Shown here: one piece after another, positions 1 through 6,584 of the stretch
Numbering within the stretch: the stretch's first letter is position 1
Layout of the letters: each line of letters begins with the position of its first letter
Origin: Escherichia phage vB_EcoM_ULIM3
DNA: 64,000 nucleotides
Reading direction: 5' to 3' (one strand)
Sequence record: OQ850289
Notes under the pieces: generated by a model
The model's database searches: none
What the model saw: the letters and a program-made list of their open reading frames with translations, nothing else
What the model was told of the DNA's origin: nothing
Program-made: the position numbers and the translations under genes

Positions 1-34
1 AAAAAAAAAAAAAAGGCTCCCGAAGGAGCCTATG
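1..34 (-). terminator. intrinsic terminator (minus strand) 3' of endolysin
   Basis: A14 on plus strand then ggctcc-cgaa-ggagcc; on minus strand a hairpin followed by a U-tract. Confidence 0.7.
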
Positions 35-40
35 AAGATA

Positions 41-505
41 TTACTTTGGATATACACTGTCAAGATAAATGTTAGCTTCCATTCTACGTCTGTTTTTCAG
101 GCCGTTTGAAGTGACCTTCTCACCTTTGACTGTAATCTTGTTCCACCACTGCATAGCTTCTGCACAACCTACCTTATTACCATCATTGTGGCGCTTGATA
201 AATGTAGAGTCCTGCATAGCTGTGATGCCAATGTTGTATGTTTCACTTACAAGTGCATCAAACTCGTTCTGAGAAGTTGGAACCTTGATGGCTTTGTTCA
301 CTGCTGCAACGAACTTTTCAACATCTGCGAGAAGATACTGTTCAGCTTGTTCAGCGGTAATCTTCATACCCATCTTAACAGGTTTGCCAGCAATACGGAT
401 TGTCCCATACCCAATTGTGGGGATTCCAGCAGAATCTTCGTAAGCCTCCAGCTTGAGACCTTCAAAGAACTTAATAGCTTCTAAACCTTTTCTTGAGAGT
501 TGCAT
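41..505 (-). CDS. endolysin, T4-lysozyme-like (GH24) muramidase
   Basis: 154 aa; N-terminal EG..L.AY.D..GIPTIGYG signature of T4-type lysozymes; terminator hairpin immediately 3'. Confidence 0.85.
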   Translation of the reverse strand: MQLSRKGLEAIKFFEGLKLEAYEDSAGIPTIGYGTIRIAGKPVKMGMKITAEQAEQYLLADVEKFVAAVNKAIKVPTSQNEFDALVSETYNIGITAMQDSTFIKRHNDGNKVGCAEAMQWWNKITVKGEKVTSNGLKNRRRMEANIYLDSVYPK

Positions 506-1641
506 TATGCCCCTCCTGCTGGGTTAACTGTAACTGTTGCTGCATTAGATGTTACAGAGCCACCTGCACCAGTCACTACGCAAGTGTAGCTTCCTGTATC
601 AGTAGTGGTTGCACCTTCTTTGGTGTAAGTTGCAGTTGTTGCGTCTGGGATGTCTTCCTCACCCTTCTTCCACTGATAACCTGTTGCACCTGTTGCTACA
701 ACGTTGAGTGTCAATGTCTCACCTTCGGTGATTTCCTGATTGGTTGGTTGTTGAGTGATTACCGGAAGAGCATTAACAGTAACTGTCGCTGCATTAGAAG
801 TAACTGTTGTACCACCTGCACCAGTAACTACACAGGTATATGAACCAGCATCAGCAGGGGCTGCTTTAGCTTTCGTGTAAGTTGCACCAGTTGCACTAGG
901 GATGTTCACATTGTCTTTCTTCCATTGGTAACCTGTTGCACCTGTTGCAGCCACTTCCAAGTTGATATTTCCACCCTCATTGATGGTCTGACTAGAAGGT
1001 TGCTGTGTAATCACAGGTAGTGCATTAACAGTAACTGTTGCCGCGTCTGAAGTAACACTTGTCCCAGCCTCTCCAGATACAACACAAGTATATGAACCAG
1101 CATCAGAAGGTACTACAGACTGCTTTGTGTAGGTTGCAGATGTGGCGCTAGTGATATCCTCACCATCTTTTTTCCATTGATATCCAGTGGCATTAGTTGC
1201 AATAACGCTTAGGTTAAGTGTACCACCTTCATTTACTGTTTGATTGGTTGGTTGCTGAGTGATTGCTGGTGGCTTGATAGCATCCTTCAACTTAGCATTC
1301 AACATTGAGAATGGTTTAACTCTTGCCAGCCATTCACAATAAACTGTATCAACGTCTTTACCATTGATAATTGCATATTGTAAGTCCATGAAGAAGTCAG
1401 AAGTTCTCATTTGAGCACCAACGCTGTAAAGCAACTCATCACTAAATGGGACTTTGTAGTCTGGTTTGTAGTCAAACTTCTCAACTTCTGCGATATCAGC
1501 TTCAGGCCAATATGAGCTATAGGTGAGTGGTAAAATAGCCTCTTGATATGTTCTAAAATCATATCTCTTACCAGCCTTTACATTTGCAACGAAGCCCTTC
1601 ACAAACTCTTTGAAGTCTGGGTAAGTCTTTGCTTTAATCAT
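505..1641 (-). CDS. Ig-like repeat protein (N-terminal domain plus three tandem ~87-aa Ig-like repeats)
   Basis: three repeats each containing GYQWKKD...SYTCVV (I-set/Big-like); ATGA start/stop overlap with upstream gene. Confidence 0.6.
   Translation of the reverse strand: MIKAKTYPDFKEFVKGFVANVKAGKRYDFRTYQEAILPLTYSSYWPEADIAEVEKFDYKPDYKVPFSDELLYSVGAQMRTSDFFMDLQYAIINGKDVDTVYCEWLARVKPFSMLNAKLKDAIKPPAITQQPTNQTVNEGGTLNLSVIATNATGYQWKKDGEDITSATSATYTKQSVVPSDAGSYTCVVSGEAGTSVTSDAATVTVNALPVITQQPSSQTINEGGNINLEVAATGATGYQWKKDNVNIPSATGATYTKAKAAPADAGSYTCVVTGAGGTTVTSNAATVTVNALPVITQQPTNQEITEGETLTLNVVATGATGYQWKKGEEDIPDATTATYTKEGATTTDTGSYTCVVTGAGGSVTSNAATVTVNPAGGA
508..1312 (-). repeat. three tandem ~260-bp imperfect repeats encoding Ig-like domains
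   Basis: repeated peptide blocks ITQQP..Q.(I/V)NEGG..NL.V.ATGATGYQWKKD...ATYTK....DAGSYTCVV.G.GT.VTS.AATVTVN. Confidence 0.6.
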
Positions 1642-2009
1642 TTCTTTTTAGCCTCTAAATGTGCGTTTAGTCTAAAATAACCTTTGTGATGCGGAGATAC
1701 ATCACCAACAACAATGCCTTTAACCTTATAACCTTTACCAATTACATACTGGATATCCATAAGGAATCTTCCAAGTCCAACAATATGGAACATTGGATAT
1801 AATAGGTTCTCAGAATCTGGAATATTGATTTCAGGTTTGTAGGTGCGTTGTTCGATTGTTGGTGTAATATCTTCTTCAGGCCATTTACTGAGTCTCCATG
1901 TCAAAGGTGTTGGGATAACATCATTAAGGTTGTACCTTTCACCATTTCGCACGGAATTGATATAGGATTGTAGGAAGCAATAAAAGTCTTTTGCACTCTT
2001 AGCTTTCAT
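1638..2009 (-). CDS. hypothetical protein, paralogous to N-terminal domain of 505-1641
   Basis: 123 aa; shares W-PE-DI...YKP...LLY...MD-QY-I-GK pattern with the first ~110 aa of the adjacent Ig-repeat protein. Confidence 0.5.
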   Translation of the reverse strand: MKAKSAKDFYCFLQSYINSVRNGERYNLNDVIPTPLTWRLSKWPEEDITPTIEQRTYKPEINIPDSENLLYPMFHIVGLGRFLMDIQYVIGKGYKVKGIVVGDVSPHHKGYFRLNAHLEAKKK

Positions 2010-2056
2010 TAAATATCCTTATAAATAGTTAAAGGGGCATCAGCCCCTATTCACAC

Positions 2057-2647
2057 TTAAGCTTTGGTCTTAAGTAGGTTCTTAAGTTTTTTAAGATTCA
2101 TACTCTCATCAAACTTAAAACCAAATCCATTGACATAATCAATGAACTCGGATTTCTTACTGAGTGACAATGCGTAACTCATATCAAAGTTCTTACTTGT
2201 TTCTGCGTCTGGACTAGAGTTCACATCAAATGAAATTTCTGTAGGCTCTTGCTTACTTTTTCTCATATTATCAACCAACAAACATGTATAGTTTGCTGGA
2301 TAGAAATTTACACTACCATCAACGTAGCTGTACTTATTATTATGGATAAGGTTTGAAAATACCTTAAGGAATGTTTCTGAGTCGTGGCAAACAAGTTTGA
2401 ATTGGCTGCTCTCTCCAAGCGCAACTAATGAGTACGGACTTTCACTATCAAAGTCATAATTTGGATTCGATGCCGTTACTGTTACACGCATCAAATTATT
2501 AGCAATAGTCTTCTGTTTAAAAGAATTTTGAACATAGTGAAGACCTCTATCACACTGATTGACTAGCTCTTTAAGTAGGTCATTTGCATATGGCGAATTA
2601 ATTGATACAGAGCCATCACTATTGTAATTAAAACTTACTGTTAACAT
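2057..2647 (-). CDS. hypothetical protein
   Basis: 196-aa ORF in minus-strand operon; no motif recognised. Confidence 0.45.
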   Translation of the reverse strand: MLTVSFNYNSDGSVSINSPYANDLLKELVNQCDRGLHYVQNSFKQKTIANNLMRVTVTASNPNYDFDSESPYSLVALGESSQFKLVCHDSETFLKVFSNLIHNNKYSYVDGSVNFYPANYTCLLVDNMRKSKQEPTEISFDVNSSPDAETSKNFDMSYALSLSKKSEFIDYVNGFGFKFDESMNLKKLKNLLKTKA

Positions 2648-2874
2648 TTTTCAGTTCTCCTGCGATTTATAATTTTGCTGCAATAGAGAAACGAAGTAAA
2701 CTCACTGGAAGAAACCATTAAGTGTTGTTCACTAGATTGAGCCATTGCCCTGAAATACATTCCAGTCAAAGCATCATAGTGACTATTCTTTCCAATTGAG
2801 GTTATATAGCCATGACTCTTTGCAGTTTGATATAAATCTATAATATCTGCGATTTCTAATTGGGAACTACACAT
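2641..2874 (-). CDS. hypothetical protein
   Basis: 77-aa ORF, overlaps stop of next gene. Confidence 0.35.
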   Translation of the reverse strand: MCSSQLEIADIIDLYQTAKSHGYITSIGKNSHYDALTGMYFRAMAQSSEQHLMVSSSEFTSFLYCSKIINRRRTEKC

Positions 2875-3018
2875 AGATAATCCTCTTGTCTTCTGTAATT
2901 TTGAAAGAACAGGTACAGACCAATTTCAGAGGACGAATAGTAGATTAATTCTACCCTTTTTGATTCCTTACAGTGATTGGTATTCTTACCTTTCTTCGGT
3001 TTATTTGATTTTCTCATT
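2856..3018 (-). CDS. small basic protein (start moved to internal ATG with GGAG RBS)
   Basis: ATG at 3018 preceded by AAAGGAG 6 nt upstream; MRKSNKPKKGK... lysine-rich N-terminus. Confidence 0.3.
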
Positions 3019-3115
3019 AAGTCTCCTTTGTAGAACAAGGCAGACCTACAGCTTTAAGTAAGATGGTACAGTAATCCATACAACAAGTCAAGAACTATTG
3101 CAAGTTAAAAAAGTT

Positions 3116-3157
3116 GTTGACAAAGTACTTGACAAGGTGTAGGCTTATAAATACTTA
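3116..3157 (+). promoter_or_regulatory. tandem TTGACA promoter-like block at divergent junction
   Basis: gttgacaaagtacttgacaaggtgt (3116-3140), near-identical to 44996-45020; TAnnnT -10 candidates downstream. Confidence 0.5.
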
Positions 3158-3266
3158 GAAGATAACTTAAAAGGTTCCTCTAAAAAGGCTATTTAAACAG
3201 ATATCTTTCTGGATATCTATCTTTTATCTTAAAAGCCTTTTAAGAGGTCTTATAAGAGGCATACCA

Positions 3267-3638
3267 ATGAAAAACAGAACAAACAAAGGCCAGTTTAAAA
3301 AAGGCCAGTCTGGAAACCCATCTGGAAGACCGAAAGGCTCACGTAACAAAAGTTCACTCGTAAAAGCTCAACTGACCATTGATAATTCTGCTGAGTTTGC
3401 TGCAAAGTTGTTTGAAGCGATTGTTACAAGGGACGCTGCTAAGCTTGCAGAGTTCGGGTTAAACACAGACGACGTAACCATCAAGAGCATGATTGAGGTC
3501 GGTAAAACTATCATGACTCACTCAGCAGGTGAGATGAAAGCAATTGCAGCAGACACTAAGAAGACTACTGATAACGGCGGTCAGTCTCAGACAGATAACA
3601 AACCAACGTTCTCTGCTGTTGCAACCCTCAAAAAATAA
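3267..3638 (+). CDS. hypothetical protein with N-terminal GNPxGRPKG motif (putative DNA-binding)
   Basis: 123 aa; KGQSGNPSGRPKGSRN motif that I recall from small phage DNA-binding proteins (not verified). Confidence 0.45.
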   Translation: MKNRTNKGQFKKGQSGNPSGRPKGSRNKSSLVKAQLTIDNSAEFAAKLFEAIVTRDAAKLAEFGLNTDDVTIKSMIEVGKTIMTHSAGEMKAIAADTKKTTDNGGQSQTDNKPTFSAVATLKK

Positions 3639-3650
3639 TTTTAAAAGGTG

Positions 3651-3686
3651 TTGACAGACTCTACAAAGTTGCTCTAAAGTCTGTCA
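3651..3686 (+). promoter_or_regulatory. sigma70-type promoter with overlapping 9-bp inverted repeat
   Basis: TTGACA 3651-3656; TAAAGT at 3675-3680; inverted repeat tgacagact (3652-3660) / agtctgtca (3678-3686). Confidence 0.5.
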
Positions 3687-3719
3687 CATCAAACAACAAA
3701 TGAGAGAAGAGAGTAAAAT

Positions 3720-5135
3720 ATGAGCGAATTATTTAAACATGCGCACCTTCATGCAGGTCGAACTGAAAATGGTGCTGTAAACCATACTTCATCAATGTCT
3801 GCTCTTGTAGACTTTTACAAAGCTGCTGGTTCAAGCCGTAGCAACGTAGAAATCTTACCAGACCTGTTCTGCAAAGCTTTGCGTGAGGATGTTGATGTCG
3901 CAGTTCGTATTTTGCTTCATATGCGAGATGTACGAGAAGGTATGGGTGAGCGTAAAGCCTTCAGAACTGTTTTGCTTCAAGCGATTGAAGACAAAGTTTT
4001 AGAGCCTACGCAGGTTCTTCGCATTATGGATAAGATTGCAGAACTTGGTCGTTTTGATGACTTCAAAATCTTCGTAGGTACTCGTTTCGAGACAGATGCC
4101 TTCAAACATTTAGAAGCAGCATTACTAGACCCTGCAACAGCAGGTTTGGCGGCTAAGTGGTTACCACGAGTCAAACCACGTCATAAGCAGTTTGTAAAAC
4201 GTTTCTGCAAGTTTGCCAACTTAAGTGAGAAAGAGTACCGCACACTATTGTCTGCACTATCTGATACAGTTGAGCAAAAAATCTCTGCTAATGAGTTTGG
4301 TAAGATTGACTACAGTAAGATTCCTTCACTTGCTGCTGCACGTTACCAAAAACTGTTTAACCGTAAAGATGGAGAACGCTACAAAGCTTACATCGAGTCA
4401 TTATCAAAGGGTGAGGCTAAGATTAATGCTGGTGCTGTTTACCCATACGATGTGATTAAATCTGTTAAGTATGGTAATGCAGATGTTGCTAATGAGCAGT
4501 GGAAAGCACTACCAAACTGGATGGCAGAGGGTGAGAACATTTTGTGTATGACTGATGTCTCAAGCTCAATGTCTTGGGTGAATTTCGGTTCAATCACTGC
4601 TCTTGATATTGGTGTATCTCTTGCACTGTATGTAGCAGAACGCAATACTGGTTGTTTTAAAAATGAGTTAATGGTTTATTCAACAAACCCTCACTTCATC
4701 GAACTGAGTGGTGATTTACGAAACCGTCATCGTCAGGTAATGCGTTATACTGAATATGGTTCAACTAACTTACAAGCAGCTTTTGACCGTATTCTTGAGA
4801 CAGGTAAAAGAAACAACTTGACTCAGAAAGATATGCCAAGTAAGCTTATCATCTTCTCCGATATGGAGTTCAATCAGGTTGATGGAGCTAACGGTCGTAC
4901 AAACTTTGAAGCAATTCAGAGTAAGTACAAAAAAGCTGGATATGAGATGCCACAACTGGTATTCTGGTACTTAGCAAACCGTAATGGTACTTGCGAAGTA
5001 TCTGTTAAGGATAACGGTGTAGCAATGGTATCAGGGTTCTCTCCAGCCACTTTAAAAGCTCTGCTTGGTGGTGAGAAGTTTGACCCAATCAGCGTAATGC
5101 TCAAAGCAGTAATGGTTGACCGTTATATCTGGTAA
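3720..5135 (+). CDS. vWA-domain protein with MIDAS motif; helical N-terminal domain (Ro60/TROVE-like architecture, hypothesis)
   Basis: 471 aa; perfect DxSxS MIDAS (D-V-S-S-S, nt 4549-4563) in C-terminal half; N-terminal RDVREGMGER motif; own promoter at 3651. Confidence 0.65.
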   Translation: MSELFKHAHLHAGRTENGAVNHTSSMSALVDFYKAAGSSRSNVEILPDLFCKALREDVDVAVRILLHMRDVREGMGERKAFRTVLLQAIEDKVLEPTQVLRIMDKIAELGRFDDFKIFVGTRFETDAFKHLEAALLDPATAGLAAKWLPRVKPRHKQFVKRFCKFANLSEKEYRTLLSALSDTVEQKISANEFGKIDYSKIPSLAAARYQKLFNRKDGERYKAYIESLSKGEAKINAGAVYPYDVIKSVKYGNADVANEQWKALPNWMAEGENILCMTDVSSSMSWVNFGSITALDIGVSLALYVAERNTGCFKNELMVYSTNPHFIELSGDLRNRHRQVMRYTEYGSTNLQAAFDRILETGKRNNLTQKDMPSKLIIFSDMEFNQVDGANGRTNFEAIQSKYKKAGYEMPQLVFWYLANRNGTCEVSVKDNGVAMVSGFSPATLKALLGGEKFDPISVMLKAVMVDRYIW

Positions 5136-5145
5136 AAAGTTTTAA

Positions 5146-5182
5146 AAAGGGTATTGACAATGTGTTTAATACCCTTTAATAT
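5146..5182 (+). promoter_or_regulatory. sigma70 promoter within palindrome, upstream of tRNA island
   Basis: TTGACA 5154-5159, exact 17-nt spacer, TAATAT 5177-5182; inverted repeat aagggtatt/aataccctt spans -35 and spacer. Confidence 0.7.
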
Positions 5183-5244
5183 GTTCTACATAGAAACGAA
5201 ATGAGAGCTTTTCTAAGATACTGAAAAATATTTTAAAAAAGTTC

Positions 5245-5278
5245 TTGACAACCACTAAAAAATAATGTTAAAGTGGTT
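5245..5278 (+). promoter_or_regulatory. second promoter-like element upstream of first tRNA
   Basis: TTGACA 5245-5250 preceded by TTTTAAAAAA; inverted repeat aaccact/agtggtt; weak -10. Confidence 0.4.
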
Positions 5279-5300
5279 ACATAGAGTTTGAAAAGTTTAT

Positions 5301-5377
5301 CTCTGTTTAGCTCAGCTTGGTAGAGCGTTCCGTTTGGGGCGGTAAGGCCGGAGGTTCAAGTCCTCCAACAGAGACCA
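5301..5377 (+). tRNA. tRNA-Pro (TGG)
   Basis: acceptor ctctgtt/aacagag (C1-G72, disc A, CCA encoded); anticodon loop tttgggg; T-arm ggagg-ttcaagt-cctcc; one mismatch in anticodon stem. Confidence 0.6.
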
Positions 5378-5384
5378 AATTAAT

Positions 5385-5462
5385 GTTCCAGTAGACAAAA
5401 TGGTAAAGTCACCACTCTTTCAAAGTGGATATTTGAGGGTTCAAATCCCTTCTGGAACGCCA
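5385..5462 (+). tRNA. tRNA-Glu (TTC)
   Basis: acceptor gttccag/ctggaac; anticodon stem ccact/agtgg, loop ctttcaa; T-loop ttcaaat; CCA encoded. Confidence 0.7.
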
Positions 5463-5467
5463 GTTTT

Positions 5468-5544
5468 GACAGAAGACCAATTGCAGCAAACTTAATCTTA
5501 TTCATCTGAAGGTAAATCGGACAAAGAAGAGATTTGGTCTGGTC
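5468..5544 (+). ncRNA. stem-closed element A (CAGAAGACC...GGTCTGG family)
   Basis: 7-bp helix 5474-5480/5534-5540 (AGACCAA:TTGGTCT) closing a 53-nt AT-rich interior; fills the tRNA-sized spacer between two tRNAs. Confidence 0.4.
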
Positions 5545-5553
5545 ATTAAGAAT

Positions 5554-5630
5554 TGCGGGTATAGAGAAAGGGCGTCTCACATGTCTCATTAGCATGGTAT
5601 CGGCAGGTTCGACTCCTGCACCCGCCTCCA
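5554..5630 (+). tRNA. tRNA with CAT anticodon (Met or Ile2)
   Basis: anticodon stem catgt/gcatg, loop ctcatta; T-arm gcagg-ttcgact-cctgc; acceptor 6/7 paired; CCA encoded. Confidence 0.55.
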
Positions 5631-5634
5631 AATT

Positions 5635-5704
5635 TACAGAAGACCGTTTACAGCAAAATTGAATGAAATTTTTAGCGGAAAAAATTGAAAGATACGGTCT
5701 GGTA
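5635..5704 (+). ncRNA. stem-closed element B (CAGAAGACC...GGTCTGG family)
   Basis: 7-bp helix 5641-5647/5694-5700 (AGACCGT:ACGGTCT); first 28 nt identical to element D. Confidence 0.4.
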
Positions 5705-5715
5705 ATACTAAACAT

Positions 5716-5792
5716 GGTTAGGAAGCACATAAGGTATGTGCGGTCGCCTGTTAAGCGAATGGCACAGGGTTCGAATCCCTGACTAACCGCCA
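5716..5792 (+). tRNA. tRNA-Asn (GTT)
   Basis: acceptor ggttagg/actaacc; anticodon loop ctgttaa; T-arm caggg-ttcgaat-ccctg; CCA encoded. Confidence 0.65.
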
Positions 5793-5801
5793 AATTTAAA
5801 T

Positions 5802-5889
5802 GTGTCGTTATCCCGTAGATGGTAGCGGTGGGGACTGTAAATCCCTTGTCATTGAGACTCGGTAGGTTCGACTCCTACACGGCACACCA
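5802..5889 (+). tRNA. tRNA-Tyr (GTA), long variable arm
   Basis: acceptor gtgtcgt/acggcac; anticodon stem gggga/tccct, loop ctgtaaa; ~15-nt variable arm; T-arm gtagg-ttcgact-cctac. Confidence 0.7.
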
Positions 5890-5894
5890 ATAAA

Positions 5895-5971
5895 GGCTAT
5901 GTAGTTTAACTGGAGAAAATACTCCCCTGTCACGGGAGATGATGTGAGTTCAAGTCTCATCGTAGCCGCCA
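5895..5971 (+). tRNA. tRNA-Asp (GTC)
   Basis: acceptor ggctatg/cgtagcc; anticodon stem ctccc/gggag, loop ctgtcac; CCA encoded. Confidence 0.7.
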
Positions 5972-6056
5972 AATTATAATAAGTATTTCAAAATGATGTT
6001 TTGAGAGGGCTATTTAGCCCCTCCCTTAAAGGGTTCTTACGAGTATCCTTTAAAGG

Positions 6057-6134
6057 AGCAGAAGACCAAATTCAGCAAGTTACTTAAAATTTCAAGCCAA
6101 TTTAATTTTGAAAAATTTAAAACTTGGTCTGGCT
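6057..6134 (+). ncRNA. stem-closed element C (CAGAAGACC...GGTCTGG family)
   Basis: 7-bp helix 6063-6069/6124-6130 (AGACCAA:TTGGTCT); interior AT-rich hairpin. Confidence 0.4.
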
Positions 6135-6143
6135 CAACAAATT

Positions 6144-6278
6144 TACAGAAGACCGTTTACAGCAAAACTTAAACAATCTATTTCTCGGTAAAGAAAAGGC
6201 GAAGGTTCGATTCCTTCACTCGGCAGATGTCGAGTTGGTGTAATGGCAGCACTTAAGATGATAAACAACGGTCTGGTA
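6144..6278 (+). ncRNA. stem-closed element D with internal tRNA-like module
   Basis: 8-bp helix 6150-6157/6267-6274 (AGACCGTT:AACGGTCT); interior has T-arm-like gaagg-ttcgatt-ccttc (6201-6217) and D-loop-like agttggtgtaatgg (6231-6246) but no full cloverleaf. Confidence 0.4.
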
Positions 6279-6421
6279 ATTATCTTTGTAGATAAGTTAT
6301 TAAGCTTACCTGTGAGTATGCGACCACAAAGGGTGAAAGGGTAAATTCTAGATTTAAACCCAAAAAGGCACATCGCTACAGACCTTAAGCAAGTCTGGGT
6401 AGCTTATCTACAAAGATAATT
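6278..6421 (+). repeat. 19-bp perfect inverted repeat (6278-6296 / 6403-6421) enclosing 106 nt
   Basis: aattatctttgtagataag and its exact reverse complement; lies between element D and tRNA-Lys. Confidence 0.75.
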
Positions 6422-6425
6422 TAAT

Positions 6426-6501
6426 GGAAGTGTAGCAGAATGGTGATGCGGCAGACTTTTAATCTGACAGGCGATGGGTTCGAATCCCTCCACTTCTACC
6501 A
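6426..6501 (+). tRNA. tRNA-Lys (TTT)
   Basis: acceptor ggaagtg/cacttct; anticodon loop cttttaa; T-loop ttcgaat (T-stem only 3 bp); CCA encoded. Confidence 0.6.
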
Positions 6502-6505
6502 AAAT

Positions 6506-6582
6506 GGTTCAGTCGCAGATAAGGTAATGCAAGGGTCTCATAAGCCCTATGAATGTGGGTTCGATTCCCATCTGAACCTCCA
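6506..6582 (+). tRNA. tRNA-Met (CAT)
   Basis: acceptor ggttcag/ctgaacc; anticodon stem agggt/gccct, loop ctcataa; CCA encoded. Confidence 0.7.
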
Positions 6583-6584
6583 AT

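Noticed and set aside
3146-3153. T4-type late promoter TATAAATA
   Set aside because: Single occurrence at a divergent early-looking region; no other evidence for a T4-like late transcription system in this window.
5468-5544. Elements A-C as highly degenerate tRNA genes
   Set aside because: They have a 7-bp terminal helix but no T-loop, D-arm or anticodon arm and an AT-rich interior; the conserved unpaired flanks are not tRNA-like.
6144-6278. Element D as a permuted or intron-containing tRNA gene, or a tmRNA
   Set aside because: No acceptor pairing can be formed around the T-arm, no anticodon arm, and no tag-peptide reading frame; kept as a tRNA-mimic candidate instead.
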